Assembly: GCA_037446725.1 (NCBI GenBank)
Contig: JBBIIC010000009.1
Location: 3,712-67,711, forward strand
Origin: Actinomycetota bacterium
GTDB lineage: Bacteria; Actinomycetota; Coriobacteriia; Anaerosomatales; SLCP01
Length of the DNA stretch: 64,000 nucleotides
Reading direction: 5' to 3'
Both the position numbers and the translations under genes were made by a program. Shown piece after piece: positions 20,591 through 31,268 of the stretch; position 1 is the stretch's first letter; each line of letters opens with the position of its first letter. Below the pieces are notes generated by a model, which was not told the origin of the DNA, did no database searches, and saw only the letters and a program-made list of their open reading frames with translations.

Positions 20591-21631
20591 CTACCTTGCG
20601 CCCGTGAGGACCTTCTTGAGGGCGTCGATCTCCTCGAGGGCCATGGCTGAGCCGTCGACGACGTTCGTGAGTGCGTTGCCCGACACGTGGACCGGCATCC
20701 CGGTCTCGTGCTTCAGCCGCTCGTCGAGACCCTTGAGCAGCGCACCGCCCCCGGTGAGCACGATGCCGTACTCCATGAGGTCGCTCGCGAGCTCGGGTGG
20801 AGTCTGCTCGAGCGTCGCCTTGACCGCTGCGACTATCGCGGCGATGGGCTCCTCGAGGGCCTCGCGGATCTCCTCGGACTCCATCGTCACGGTGCGCGGA
20901 AGGCCGGTCAGCAGGTCGCGTCCGCGCACCTCGACGTCGACCTCCTCGAGCAATGGCCATGCGCTCCCGATCTCGAACTTGATCTCTTCGGCAGTGCGCT
21001 CGCCGATGAGCACGTTATACGCGCGCTTCACGTGGGCGATGATCGCGTCGTCGAACTCGTCACCGGCGATGCGGATGGATTGCGCCACCACGATGCCGCC
21101 GAGCGAGATGACGGCGACCTCGGTGGTGCCGCCGCCAACGTCGACGACCATGTTCCCGGTCGGCTCCTGTATCGGCAGGCCCGCCCCGATAGCTGCCGCC
21201 ATCGGTTCCTCGATGAGGTAGGCCTGGCGCGCGCCCGCCTGCATCGTCGCTTCGAAGACCGCGCGCTTCTCGACCTCGGTCACGCCTGAGGGGACACAGA
21301 CGACGACGCGCGGCTTCGGCTGCCAGGGAAAGCGCTTCACCCGCGTCTTGTTGATGAAATACCGCAGCATCGACTCGGTGACCTCGAAGTCGGCTATCAC
21401 GCCGTCCTTCAGCGGCCGGATGGCGACGATGCTCCCGGGCGTCCGTCCGAGCATGCGCTTGGCCTCGATACCGACCGCGAGTACACGCTTGGTGTCCCTT
21501 TCCACGGCGACCACGGAGGGCTCGATGAGCACGATACCGCGGCCGCGCACCGAAACGAGTGTGTTGGCCGTGCCGAGGTCGACGGCCATGTCGCCGCCCC
21601 ACGAGTTGAAGAACATATCTACGAGCGACAC
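20591..21631 (-). CDS. mreB: MreB
   Basis: [40 protein letters not shown]; GTG start after a GGGAG RBS. Confidence 0.97.
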   Translation of the reverse strand: MSLVDMFFNSWGGDMAVDLGTANTLVSVRGRGIVLIEPSVVAVERDTKRVLAVGIEAKRMLGRTPGSIVAIRPLKDGVIADFEVTESMLRYFINKTRVKRFPWQPKPRVVVCVPSGVTEVEKRAVFEATMQAGARQAYLIEEPMAAAIGAGLPIQEPTGNMVVDVGGGTTEVAVISLGGIVVAQSIRIAGDEFDDAIIAHVKRAYNVLIGERTAEEIKFEIGSAWPLLEEVDVEVRGRDLLTGLPRTVTMESEEIREALEEPIAAIVAAVKATLEQTPPELASDLMEYGIVLTGGGALLKGLDERLKHETGMPVHVSGNALTNVVDGSAMALEEIDALKKVLTGAR

Positions 21632-21833
21632 GGTCGCTGTGCTCCCTTCTAGGTGGCGGTCATCCCGCCACAGTGCGCGCCCGTGCGACAAGCGCACGAA
21701 GAGCCACTGCACGACGAAACGGCCCGCGGAAGCTCCCGCTTCCGAGAACCGCAGGTCTTGGACCCGGACAAGTGTAGCACAGCCGACGAGCGCGTCTTCC
21801 TACGATACGGTGACGTGATTAGGCGAGCCGGAC

Positions 21834-22505
21834 TCACATCAGGCCGAGCTCACGCAGGCTCGCGTGCTCACCACCGTCTCCGATCACCACATGGTCGAGC
21901 AGCTCGATGCCTAGCACGTCGCCCGCCTTCACCAGACGACGGGTGAGCTGGATGTCCGCACCGGAGGGTGTCGGGTCCCCACTCGGGTGGTTATGGACGA
22001 CCACCACCGAGGCCGCGGACAGCCGAACCGCCTCCTTGAAGAGCTCCCGGGGGTGCACGATGGACGCATTGAGGCTCCCGACAGAGATCTCCACGACCCT
22101 GAGCAGGTGGTTCTTCGTGTTCAGCGCGAGCGCCCAGAAGTGCTCCCGGTCCGCTCCGCGCATCTGCGGCCAACACAGTGCCACTACGTCCTCCGGAGTC
22201 GTGACCGTCTGACGCGGCGCCGCCCTCCACACAGCCGCCCGCCGACTCATCTCCAGGCACGCGAGCACCCGCGAAGCGGCGGCCGGTCCAAGACCCGGAA
22301 GCGTCACGAGCTCCTCGGCGCTCACGCGCCACAGTCCGTCGGGGAGCGGATGGCGCTCGAGCAGCGCGCGCGCCCGGTCGTCACCGTCCTCACCGATGAG
22401 CACCGACATCAGGGCGGTGTCGGAGAGCGCCTCCGAGCGCCCGGACAACACGACCTCGCGCGGGGTCGCCCCGCTTCCCACCAGGCGTGGCGCCACAGCG
22501 CCCAC
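21834..22505 (-). CDS. radC: RadC/JAB domain protein
   Basis: HPRELFKEA, HNHPSGDPTPSGAD, LLDHVVIG. Confidence 0.93.
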   Translation of the reverse strand: MGAVAPRLVGSGATPREVVLSGRSEALSDTALMSVLIGEDGDDRARALLERHPLPDGLWRVSAEELVTLPGLGPAAASRVLACLEMSRRAAVWRAAPRQTVTTPEDVVALCWPQMRGADREHFWALALNTKNHLLRVVEISVGSLNASIVHPRELFKEAVRLSAASVVVVHNHPSGDPTPSGADIQLTRRLVKAGDVLGIELLDHVVIGDGGEHASLRELGLM

Positions 22506-22509
22506 CTCC

Positions 22510-23049
22510 CTACCCTCCCGCAGTCGACAGTGGTGTGTCGGGGATGCGGGAGATGAGGAGACGGGCAGAGTGCCCGACGAGGAGTCCGACAGGCACGCTC
22601 AGTCCGAGAAGGACGGACATGAGCGCGAACGGCGCATGCGAACCGACGAGGAGCACCGCGATAGTGAGCTGGGCTGCGACGTGCGCCGCTGAGCCTGCGA
22701 CCGACCAGCCGAGGACTGAGAAGGTCTCACCCGCCGCGTACACCGCAAGCATGGCGGCGAGCGCCGCCAGTGCGCCTCCCAGCGAGAGCGCGAAGGTCGG
22801 TCCGGCGAGACTGCCGGTCGCCAGCGCGACGAGCGCGACGCGACCCATCGACACGATCGCTGCACCACGCGGCCCAAACGATGCAAGCGCGACGACCACG
22901 GCGATGTTCGCAAGCCCCATACGCAACCCCGGCACAGGGAGAGGAGGCAGAGTCACCGCCTCGAGGTACCCGAGGACCACCGCCATCGCGAGCAGTAATG
23001 CGACGGGTACGATCTCGCCGGGGCGGTACCGGTCACCGCGAGATCGCAT
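22510..23049 (-). CDS. Gx transporter family membrane protein
   Basis: PVPGLRMGLANI, FALSLGG, SVAGSAAH..AQ; follows the NusG-II gene. Confidence 0.8.
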   Translation of the reverse strand: MRSRGDRYRPGEIVPVALLLAMAVVLGYLEAVTLPPLPVPGLRMGLANIAVVVALASFGPRGAAIVSMGRVALVALATGSLAGPTFALSLGGALAALAAMLAVYAAGETFSVLGWSVAGSAAHVAAQLTIAVLLVGSHAPFALMSVLLGLSVPVGLLVGHSARLLISRIPDTPLSTAGG

Positions 23050-23392
23050 CGAGCCCCTCCTCTCGCGCAAAGACCACCGCGGCGCTCACACCGTTCGGCG
23101 CGCAGATGACCGGGCGACCGGTGGCGGCCGCACCGCTGTGTACGCAGATCTGATCGGGGCAGTCGGATTCCACCGCGCGCAGGGCGCCGTCCGAGACCTC
23201 GAATACGACACGGCCGACACGGCCCTCAACCATGTAGCGTCCCGGGACCGAGAGGTCGACTTCGGTGACGCCCCGGGGACCCCTCAGTACCACCGAGCCG
23301 ACCTCCGGCGCGAGGAGGGCGCCGGCCTGAGGCGCCATCAGCAAGGCGGCGGCAAGCACCGTGACGATGATGGCACGGTCGCCCCGAGTCAC
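23033..23392 (-). CDS. NusG domain II-containing protein
   Basis: N-terminal TM helix, then ESDCPDQICVHSG...VICAPN; GTG start overlaps the rnfB stop. Confidence 0.85.
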   Translation of the reverse strand: MTRGDRAIIVTVLAAALLMAPQAGALLAPEVGSVVLRGPRGVTEVDLSVPGRYMVEGRVGRVVFEVSDGALRAVESDCPDQICVHSGAAATGRPVICAPNGVSAAVVFAREEGLDAISR

Positions 23393-24297
23393 TTGCCCAC
23401 CCCTTCCGGACGAGCATCGGGAACAACCGGGAGGAAACCGTCGACCTTCGGTCCACGGCCGTCCAGCATGACCGCAGGCGCAATCGCCGCGCGACCGGTG
23501 AGATCGATGCACTCCTGCGGGCAGACGGCGACACACATGCCGCACGCAGTGCACTTGTCGTAGTCGACCACGGCGAGCAGGTCGATGATGTGGATCGCAT
23601 CGGCTGGACACGCCTTCTCGCACTTCTTGCAGGCGATGCAACACATCGAGCAGTAGTCCCTGCGGGCCCGGGGTTTGTCGTGCGAGTTGCAGCGCACCGC
23701 GACGGCGCCGTCTTCGGGCGCCATCACCAGCAGGCCGATGCTGCCTCGCGGGCACTCGCGCACGCAGACCTCGCAGCCCGTACAGCGATCGAGATCGATG
23801 ACGGGCAACCCGCGAGTATCAATCGCGATCGCGTCGAAGGGGCACACGCGCGCGCAATCACCATAGCCGAAGCACCCCGCGGGACACTCGAGGTCGCCAC
23901 CTGCGAGCCGCGCGACGGCCGCGCAGGTCATCACTCCCGCATAGTCGAAGCTGCGCGTCGCTGCACGGCCTCCTCCGCAGTGCCGAAGGCTCACGATCGA
24001 GGCCACCGCGCATTTCTCGACGCCGAGAACGTCGGCCACCGCGTCGGCGACCGCCTGCCCTCCCGCGGTACATGCCGTCACCGGGAGTGCTCCTTGCGCG
24101 ATGGCCTCAGCCGCTCCGAAGCATGAGGGATTCCCGCAGGCGCCGCAGTTGGCCCCCGGGAGCACGCTCAGGACACGCTCGACCCTGGGATCGACCTCCA
24201 CATGGAACTTGCGCGAGGCGGCCGTCAGCATCGCGGCAGCCGCCAGCCCGATGACGCTCAGTGCGGCGACAGCCTTGATAACGAGCATTGCGTCCAC
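23389..24297 (-). CDS. rnfB: RnfB
   Basis: LPGANCGACG and multiple CxxCxxCxxxCP motifs. Confidence 0.93.
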   Translation of the reverse strand: MDAMLVIKAVAALSVIGLAAAAMLTAASRKFHVEVDPRVERVLSVLPGANCGACGNPSCFGAAEAIAQGALPVTACTAGGQAVADAVADVLGVEKCAVASIVSLRHCGGGRAATRSFDYAGVMTCAAVARLAGGDLECPAGCFGYGDCARVCPFDAIAIDTRGLPVIDLDRCTGCEVCVRECPRGSIGLLVMAPEDGAVAVRCNSHDKPRARRDYCSMCCIACKKCEKACPADAIHIIDLLAVVDYDKCTACGMCVAVCPQECIDLTGRAAIAPAVMLDGRGPKVDGFLPVVPDARPEGVGK

Positions 24298-24310
24298 TCA
24301 GGCACCTCTC

Positions 24311-24931
24311 TCAGAGTCCGAACAGCCCGGCAAGGCCGAGATAACCGAGCGACAGCAAGCCCGCGGTGATGAACGCCATCGGTGTACCCTTCATCACCTC
24401 GGGTACCGGTGCGACCTCGAGACGCTCGCGCAGCGCGGCGAAGGTGAGAAGAGCTATGCCGAAACCGATGGCAACGCCGATCGTGTAGACGAGCGCCTCC
24501 CCGAAGCCGAACCCGTAGTCGATTCCCATCTTGAAGAACCCGGGCCGCACCGACTCCGTCGCCGTGGCCAGCACCGCGCAGTTCGTAGTGATGAGCGGCA
24601 GGAATATACCAAGGGAACGGTAGAGACCCGGACTCGCCTTGCGCAGGTACATCTCGACGAACTGCACGAGCGCCGCGATGACGAGGATGAACGCCGGGAT
24701 GTACAGGAAGTCACCGACGCCGAGCGGCGCGAGCAGGACGTTCCAGAACACCCACGTCGCGGTGGTCGCAAGCGTCATGACGAAGATGACGGCACCCGCC
24801 ATGCCGAGGCTGGTGTCCATGGAACTCGACACCCCGAAGAAGGGGCACAGACCGATGAAGCGGGTCAGCAGGATGTTGTTGACGAGCGCCGCACCGACGA
24901 GGAGGAGCGTGAAATGCTGCAGAGTCTCCAC
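24311..24931 (-). CDS. rnfA: RnfA
   Basis: FIGLCPFFGVS, LGIFLPLITTNCAVL. Confidence 0.95.
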   Translation of the reverse strand: METLQHFTLLLVGAALVNNILLTRFIGLCPFFGVSSSMDTSLGMAGAVIFVMTLATTATWVFWNVLLAPLGVGDFLYIPAFILVIAALVQFVEMYLRKASPGLYRSLGIFLPLITTNCAVLATATESVRPGFFKMGIDYGFGFGEALVYTIGVAIGFGIALLTFAALRERLEVAPVPEVMKGTPMAFITAGLLSLGYLGLAGLFGL

Positions 24932-24932
24932 G

Positions 24933-25592
24933 CTACCGCCCTCCTTCCTCGATGGTGCAGTGTGCGTCGGTCTGAACGAGGCGCGTCGAGGTGCGCCCGT
25001 TGTACCACTTGGCGAGCGCGATGATGAAGCCGAAGACGATGAACGCCCCGGGGAAGAGCAGCAGGATCCCGGGAGCCGGATACCACTCGGGAAAGGCGAT
25101 CAGACGGATGCCGAGGAAGACGATCTCCCCGCTACCGAACAGCTCCCTGATCGCCGCAAGAACCACGATGACGAGCGAGAAGCCAAGACTCATGCCGAGG
25201 CCGTCGGCCAGGGCCAGCCGCACCGGCTGGTGGTAGGCGAACGCCTCCGCCCGCCCCAGAATCACGCAGTTGACCACGATAAGGGGGATCCATACGCCGA
25301 GGAACGTGTACACCCCCGGCAGGAACGCCTTCATGGTCAGGTCCACGATCGTCACGAACGACGCGATAATCACGATGAACACCGGGATCCTGACTTGCTC
25401 GGGGATGAGGGAGCGCAGCGTGGACACGATCGCACTCGACATGCTGAGCACGAAGATCACCGCCATGCCCATGAAGAACGCGCCCTCGACCTTCGTGGAG
25501 ACGGCGAGCGTCGCGCAAAGCCCGATCATGAGAACCGTAAGTGGGTTGTCGACCGCGAGGCCGCGCCTGAAGACCGACAGCCACTCTCTCAT
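24933..25592 (-). CDS. rnfE: RnfE
   Basis: NP..VLMIGLCATLAVS, VRIP, IPLIVVNCVILGRAEAFA; start ATG at 25592. Confidence 0.95.
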   Translation of the reverse strand: MREWLSVFRRGLAVDNPLTVLMIGLCATLAVSTKVEGAFFMGMAVIFVLSMSSAIVSTLRSLIPEQVRIPVFIVIIASFVTIVDLTMKAFLPGVYTFLGVWIPLIVVNCVILGRAEAFAYHQPVRLALADGLGMSLGFSLVIVVLAAIRELFGSGEIVFLGIRLIAFPEWYPAPGILLLFPGAFIVFGFIIALAKWYNGRTSTRLVQTDAHCTIEEGGR

Positions 25593-26197
25593 GACCCGTC
25601 CTCCTCCTCTCCGCTTTCGGCGGCGAGCACCTCGGTGTAGACCTGTGACGCCGCTGTCACCCCGTTGCGCACTGCGACAGACGAGCGCGTCGCACCCGCG
25701 ATCGCATCGAACCCGGCCGCGGAACCCTTGATGTCGGTGCTCTCCCAACCGACGAACTGGTCGATCCAGCCGGGGACGGTCAGGATCTTGGTGCCCAGGC
25801 CCGGTGTCTCGTTCTGGGTGACGATACTGACACCGAGTACTGACCCATCTCTATCCAATCCCACAACCAGGGTCACCGGACCGCCGTAACCCCGGGGGGC
25901 GACGCGTACTCCCCAACCCGCGTGAGCGCCGCTTCCGTCGAAGCCGCGATAGACTGCCTGAACGGGCACCTGGCCGGCTGCCTCAGCAGCCGGTTCGAGC
26001 AGCTCGTCCGCTGCCTCGAACTGCTCCGCGCCCGGCAACACCGCCTGGAGTGCGCTTCGCTCGGCCGCGCGCTCCTGTTCGAGGATACGCTCTCGCGTGA
26101 CCTCGTAGGTGAGCGTCAGTGCCGTCGCCGCTACCAGACAGGTCGCCAGAACGGCGCCGATCATGTTGAGGGGCGTCGATGCAGCGCGTCTAGCCAC
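25589..26197 (-). CDS. rnfG: RnfG
   Basis: GYGG, ETPGLG, DAIAGATRSS (FMN attachment motif). Confidence 0.92.
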   Translation of the reverse strand: MARRAASTPLNMIGAVLATCLVAATALTLTYEVTRERILEQERAAERSALQAVLPGAEQFEAADELLEPAAEAAGQVPVQAVYRGFDGSGAHAGWGVRVAPRGYGGPVTLVVGLDRDGSVLGVSIVTQNETPGLGTKILTVPGWIDQFVGWESTDIKGSAAGFDAIAGATRSSVAVRNGVTAASQVYTEVLAAESGEEEDGS

Positions 26198-27200
26198 GGC
26201 GCTTCACCCACCCGAACGTTCTCGGTGCGAAGGCGCGGTCGATGAAGGGCACGAGACCGTTCATGAACAGAATCGCGAAGGTCGTGGCCTCAGGCATAGG
26301 ACCGAAGAAGCGCACCACCGAGTTGAAGACACCGCATCCGCATGCGAACACGACACGCCCGCTACGCGTCATCGGAGAGGTCACCGGGTCGGTGGCCATG
26401 AAGAAGGCGCCGAGCAGGACGCCCCCGGCAAGCACGTTGAAGATCGGGTCCGAACCGAATGCCCACGACAGCACGGCCACCGTACCGATGTAGCCCACGG
26501 GGACGCGCCAGTCGATGATCCGCTTGGCGATCAGTACGAAGCCGCCCAGGATGAGCAGCAGCGCGGAGACCTCGCCGAGACAACCCTCGAGGTTGCGCAG
26601 GAGGAGCGGCTGGTAGTACGCGGTCAGGTCGACGCCGTATGCCCCGTCCGCGGCGCGGTCAGCTGCCGCGATGGCGAGCCGGGTCGCGCCGTTGATCGCG
26701 TCCAGCTCTCCGGTCGCAGGGATGTCGAGCGCACGGAACCACCCGCCGGGATACGGTCCGGCCTCCGCCAGGACGCCGGTCCACGAGACCGCGAGCACCG
26801 CCCGGGCGACGAGCGCGGGGTTGAAGAGGTTCCACCCGAGACCCCCGAAGAGCATCTTCGCAAGCCCGACTGCCACGATGCCGCCGGCGACACCCATCCA
26901 CCATGGGGTCAGTGGGGGCATCGCCAGCGCAAGCAGAAGTCCGGTGACAAGCGCCGAGCCGTCCCACAGTGTCTGCGGACGACGGGCGATGCGGGTCCAC
27001 AGCCACTCAGTGCCGAGGGACGACGCGATGCACGAGACGAGCAGGACCGCCGCGACCATCCCCATGTTCCACACGGCCCAGACGGTGGCCGGAGCAAGCG
27101 CCGCGACAACCCACAGCATGAGGTGGGTCACGTTCTCTGGCGCGACCACATGGGGTGAGGGGGCGACCTGCATCCGCGCCGCTGTCGTCGTCTCGGTCAC
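26190..27200 (-). CDS. rnfD: RnfD
   Basis: SPH, FGGLGWNLFNPAL, DAINGAT, GAFFMATDPVTSP. Confidence 0.95.
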   Translation of the reverse strand: MTETTTAARMQVAPSPHVVAPENVTHLMLWVVAALAPATVWAVWNMGMVAAVLLVSCIASSLGTEWLWTRIARRPQTLWDGSALVTGLLLALAMPPLTPWWMGVAGGIVAVGLAKMLFGGLGWNLFNPALVARAVLAVSWTGVLAEAGPYPGGWFRALDIPATGELDAINGATRLAIAAADRAADGAYGVDLTAYYQPLLLRNLEGCLGEVSALLLILGGFVLIAKRIIDWRVPVGYIGTVAVLSWAFGSDPIFNVLAGGVLLGAFFMATDPVTSPMTRSGRVVFACGCGVFNSVVRFFGPMPEATTFAILFMNGLVPFIDRAFAPRTFGWVKRRG

Positions 27201-28528
27201 AGCTGCGCACCCCTCTGAAGCAGGGCCTGTTTGGCGCCGCGTATCAGCTGGACGAGTGGCCGGCGCGTCGGGCAAACGTAGCTGCAGCATCCACACTCGA
27301 TGCAGTCGAGGGCATGGTAGCGGTCGGTGCCTTCCCAGTCGGTGCGGTTAGCGTAGATCCCTATCGCGTAGGGTTCGAGCATCATCGGGCATGCGTCCGA
27401 GCAGCGTGCGCACCGGATGCACGGCTGGTCACCATGCACTGCCGGCGCGCTCTCTGCAGGATGGAGCACGACGATGCCGCCCATTCCTTTGACGACCGGA
27501 ACCGAGAGGTCGGCAAGGGCCATGCCCGTCATCGGTCCACCAGCGACGATCCTCCCGTGATCGCCGTCGAACCCGCCGGCGGCTTCGATGAGGGTCTCGA
27601 CCGGAGTTCCGATCATCGTCATGAAGTTGCCCGGACGCCGGACCTTGCCCGTGACCGTCACGACCCGCTCGATCAACGGGCGTCCCTGATCGACCGCATC
27701 CGCGACAGCGGCAGCGGTGGAGACATTGTGGACGAGTGCACCAGTCGCGGCTGGCAGTTCGCCGTGCGGTACTTCCTCGCCGATCGTGGCTCGGATAAGC
27801 TGCTTCTCAGCGCCCTGCGGGTAGCGGGTGGGCAGCACCATCACCTCGACGCCGTCGGGCGCCTGCGCGCGCAGCGCGGCCGCGGCGTCGAGCTTGTTGG
27901 ACTCGAGCGCGATGACCGCACGGCCGGCACCCACCGACCCGGCGATGAGCTGCGCTCCCCGTATCACCCGGTCCGGCTGTTCGAGCATCAACCGATGGTC
28001 GCACGTCAGGTACGGCTCGCACTCGCACCCGTTGAGGATGAGCGTTGAGACCGGCATTTCTCTTGGCGGTTGAAGCTTGACCGATGTGGGGAACGCCGCG
28101 CCGCCGAGGCCCACGATGCCGGCGGCCCGGACGCGCTCGCGCACCGAGTCATTCCCGGCGGTAACGGGTTCGAACGAATCGAGATCCTGCTGCTCATCGG
28201 GCACGATCGTGACCGCGACGCTGCGCATCCCTGAGGCGAGCACGACCCGGCCGACATCGGTCACTTCCCCGTCGACCGGCGAGTGCACCGGGGCGCTGAC
28301 CATCGCCTCGACGTCGCCGATCAGCTGGCCGCGCCTGACGCGGTCACCCTTCTCCACGAGCGCCGAACAGGGGGCTCCCAGATGCTGCGAGAGAGGCACG
28401 GTGACCAACTGCGGGACCGGAGCCCGCTCGATCGCGCGCGTGTTTGTCTGGTCCTTGCGGTCGGCAGGGTGCACGCCGCCTTTGAACGCGCGTGTCCGCA
28501 CGTCGTTTCGTCCCCTTCTCACCGGCAA
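27197..28528 (-). CDS. rnfC: RnfC
   Basis: GIVGLGGAAFPT, NGCECEPYLTCD, YPQGAEK, GGPMTG and two ferredoxin motifs. Confidence 0.95.
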   Translation of the reverse strand: MPVRRGRNDVRTRAFKGGVHPADRKDQTNTRAIERAPVPQLVTVPLSQHLGAPCSALVEKGDRVRRGQLIGDVEAMVSAPVHSPVDGEVTDVGRVVLASGMRSVAVTIVPDEQQDLDSFEPVTAGNDSVRERVRAAGIVGLGGAAFPTSVKLQPPREMPVSTLILNGCECEPYLTCDHRLMLEQPDRVIRGAQLIAGSVGAGRAVIALESNKLDAAAALRAQAPDGVEVMVLPTRYPQGAEKQLIRATIGEEVPHGELPAATGALVHNVSTAAAVADAVDQGRPLIERVVTVTGKVRRPGNFMTMIGTPVETLIEAAGGFDGDHGRIVAGGPMTGMALADLSVPVVKGMGGIVVLHPAESAPAVHGDQPCIRCARCSDACPMMLEPYAIGIYANRTDWEGTDRYHALDCIECGCCSYVCPTRRPLVQLIRGAKQALLQRGAQL

Positions 28529-28608
28529 CCGCTGATTAGGACGAGGTTCGACCGACCGTCCCGTATTCCTGCAATCCCCGCCGATCGACAGGTGCCCTCT
28601 TCTGCGTG

Positions 28609-29013
28609 CTACGAGCCGAAGAAGATCGCGATCTCCCGCTCGGCGGACTCCGGTGAGTCCGAGCCGTGAACGATGTTCGCGTCAAGCGTCAGGCCGAAGT
28701 CGCCGCGAATGGTGCCAGGCGCGGCGTCACGGGGATTCGTGGCGCCCATGAGTTTCCGGCAGACCACCACTGCGTCGGGACCCGAGAGGACCATCTTGAC
28801 CACGGGACCGGAGGTGATGTACTCGACCAGCCCGGGGTAGAAGGGCTTGCCCTCGTGCTCGGCGTAGTTCGCCGCCGCCTCTGCGGCAGTCACCAGTCCG
28901 TACTGCATGCGCTCGATCTTCAGCCCGCAGGCTTCGAACCGGCTCACGATCGCTCCGACGAGTCCCCGTGCGACGGCGTCCGGCTTGATCATGATGTAGG
29001 TCTGCTGGTCCAC
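28609..29013 (-). CDS. ndk: Nucleoside diphosphate kinase
   Basis: MIKPDAV, GATNP, PGTIRGDF, NIVHGSDS. Confidence 0.97.
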   Translation of the reverse strand: MDQQTYIMIKPDAVARGLVGAIVSRFEACGLKIERMQYGLVTAAEAAANYAEHEGKPFYPGLVEYITSGPVVKMVLSGPDAVVVCRKLMGATNPRDAAPGTIRGDFGLTLDANIVHGSDSPESAEREIAIFFGS

Positions 29014-29081
29014 GTGCGTCCTTCCTCCCAGAGTGTGTCCACGCGAGGGCGGACATACCGGCAACGGCACCGGAGTATGGC

Positions 29082-30407
29082 TCAGGAGCCGCCGCCCGTC
29101 GAGCGCCAGTCGTTCTCGACCCCGGTGACCTTCCAGCCGACGCCTTCGCGCGACAGACTGATCTCATAGCTGAGCGGCGAGCCGCTCTCGGGCGTGACCG
29201 TCACGACGACCCGTGAGGTGCGCGGAGAACGCTCGACACTATCAACGGTGAACTCGGCCATCGGCGGGAGCTTCGCCATCTCCTTGTCGATGTCGGCTGT
29301 GGGAACGGCGACCCAGTACTGCGCCACCGGATCACCCGCCGCACGCGCCTCCAGCATCCCCGAGACCGTCATGCGCTGTGTGGGGTAGCCGAAACCCCAC
29401 ATGAACAGGGCAACGAGCAGGCCCGCCACGATGGCGACCGCGATGACCACGCCCGCGAGGACGGACCACAGGTTGCGGCCACCCTGCTGCCCGGCACGCG
29501 CCGACCGTCGGGCCGCGCGGTCCCGTTGGCGCATCTCCTCCTCGGTCATCGTGAAAAACAACTCCACGTCCTCGCCGCTCGGGTGCGGCATGGACGTCGT
29601 CGCATCCGGAGACGCCTGCGCGGCAGGGGCCTCGGGTTCCTCGACAAGCGACGCCTCGACGAGCGGCGGCATCTCCCCAGTGCTCCAGCCTTCGATCACC
29701 TCACGCTGTGCGGGACCCGTCAGTTTCTCGCGACTCGACACGTAGGCGAGTCGCGCCGTGTCCGAGAGTGCGTGACCATGCAACTCCATGGCCTTCTCGA
29801 AGGACTTGACCGCATCCTCGTGACGGTTGATCGAGTGGTACGCCATGCCGAGGTTTGCAAGCGCCCGGCCGCGCCCGGAGTACGAATCGAAACCGAGCGC
29901 CGCGCGGTACGCCTCGACTGCGTCGGTGGGGCGCTCCATGGCCATGAAGCACAGGCCGAGGTTGTTCAGCGCCTTACCCGGGTCGGGGTTATCGCCGTCG
30001 AGCGCCGCCTGGCGGTATGCCATGGCCGCGTCCTCGATGCGGCCCATCTCGAACAGCGCGCCCGCCTTGCCCTGCAACGCGCGATGCTGCCCAGTGTACT
30101 CGGGGTCCTCCAGCGCGGCGTCGTAGGAGCGCACGGCTTCGGCATACTCGCCCAGCGCCACGTGCGCCGCTCCCAGATTCGCGTAGACCGCGCTGCGCTT
30201 CCCATAGGTCTCATCGTTGAGCGCATGGCGGTACACAGTCACGGCATCGGAGTAGCGGCGCAACCGTACGAGCGAGTTGCCCGCCATGTGGTACGCACGC
30301 CCGCTGCCTTCGCCCCGGCCTGCGGCCGAGAGGAACGCCTTGGCTGCGGCGCGGTAGTCCTTGGCGGCGTATGCCGCCTGCCCCTCCTCGTACCGGGCCT
30401 GATCCAC
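29082..30407 (-). CDS. TPR-repeat membrane protein
   Basis: Repeated TPR helices (AVYANLG, ALNNLG, ALANLG), a TM helix and a C-terminal domain. Confidence 0.8.
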   Translation of the reverse strand: MDQARYEEGQAAYAAKDYRAAAKAFLSAAGRGEGSGRAYHMAGNSLVRLRRYSDAVTVYRHALNDETYGKRSAVYANLGAAHVALGEYAEAVRSYDAALEDPEYTGQHRALQGKAGALFEMGRIEDAAMAYRQAALDGDNPDPGKALNNLGLCFMAMERPTDAVEAYRAALGFDSYSGRGRALANLGMAYHSINRHEDAVKSFEKAMELHGHALSDTARLAYVSSREKLTGPAQREVIEGWSTGEMPPLVEASLVEEPEAPAAQASPDATTSMPHPSGEDVELFFTMTEEEMRQRDRAARRSARAGQQGGRNLWSVLAGVVIAVAIVAGLLVALFMWGFGYPTQRMTVSGMLEARAAGDPVAQYWVAVPTADIDKEMAKLPPMAEFTVDSVERSPRTSRVVVTVTPESGSPLSYEISLSREGVGWKVTGVENDWRSTGGGS

Positions 30408-30418
30408 GGCTATCCCGT

Positions 30419-31078
30419 CTACTCGGAACGCTCGATGCGGACTGACTCCATCACGTCGCCGACAGCGATCTGCCTGACGACGTCCATGCCCTCGGTCACC
30501 TGACCGAAGACGGTGTACTGGCCGTCAAGGAACGGCTGAGGGCCCAAACAGATGTAGAACTGGGAACCGGCCGAGTTCGGGTCCTGCGACCGGGCCATCG
30601 CGACTGTACCGTCAAGGTGGCTGCGGCTGTTGAACTCAGCCTTGAGCTGGTAACCGGGGCCGCCGGTCCCAACCATCGGGTCGTCGGTCTTCGACAGCGG
30701 GTCTCCGCCCTGGATCACGAAACCGGGCTCGACCCGGTGGAACTTCGTGCCGTCGTAGAAGCCCTCCTCGGCCCGCTCGATGAAGGCGGCGACCGTGTTG
30801 GGCGCGTCTTCGGAATAGAAGGTGAACCTGATCACGCCCTTGGCGGTGGTGATCACGGCGACCTCGGTCCCATCGGGTGCGTACTCTGCGGTGTACAAGG
30901 GCTCCCCCTCTGGCGCGGCCGGAGGCTCCGGCTCGGGCGTCTCGGCAGGCGGACTGGTCGGCTCATCGGGAGGTGTCGACCCCGCCGTTTCGGGCGCACA
31001 CCCGGGAAGGGCGATGACCGCCCCCACGAGCAGGACGGCAAGTGCGACAGGCAGAAGTAGAGTGTAGATCGCGCGCAT
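30419..31078 (-). CDS. Cyclophilin-type peptidyl-prolyl isomerase, probable lipoprotein
   Basis: Signal peptide ending LPGC; [37 protein letters not shown]. Confidence 0.92.
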   Translation of the reverse strand: MRAIYTLLLPVALAVLLVGAVIALPGCAPETAGSTPPDEPTSPPAETPEPEPPAAPEGEPLYTAEYAPDGTEVAVITTAKGVIRFTFYSEDAPNTVAAFIERAEEGFYDGTKFHRVEPGFVIQGGDPLSKTDDPMVGTGGPGYQLKAEFNSRSHLDGTVAMARSQDPNSAGSQFYICLGPQPFLDGQYTVFGQVTEGMDVVRQIAVGDVMESVRIERSE

Positions 31079-31268
31079 GCGTACGGTCGTCCTTTCGCCG
31101 AGCGTCGGAATGGGTCACTGTCGGGGGGTATCCCCGGCACCGTCAGCCATTCTAACAGTGTGGCGAGAGGGGGATAAAGGAGTATGCTGTCGCGAGGGAC
31201 GTGGCCGCGAAAGATCGCGGTACAGATGCCAGGATTCTCGTTCCGAGACTCTCAGGATCAAGGAGGAG

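Noticed and set aside
21834-22505. radC as a marker of a mobile element
   Set aside because: It is the full-length chromosomal type in the usual radC-mreBCD context.
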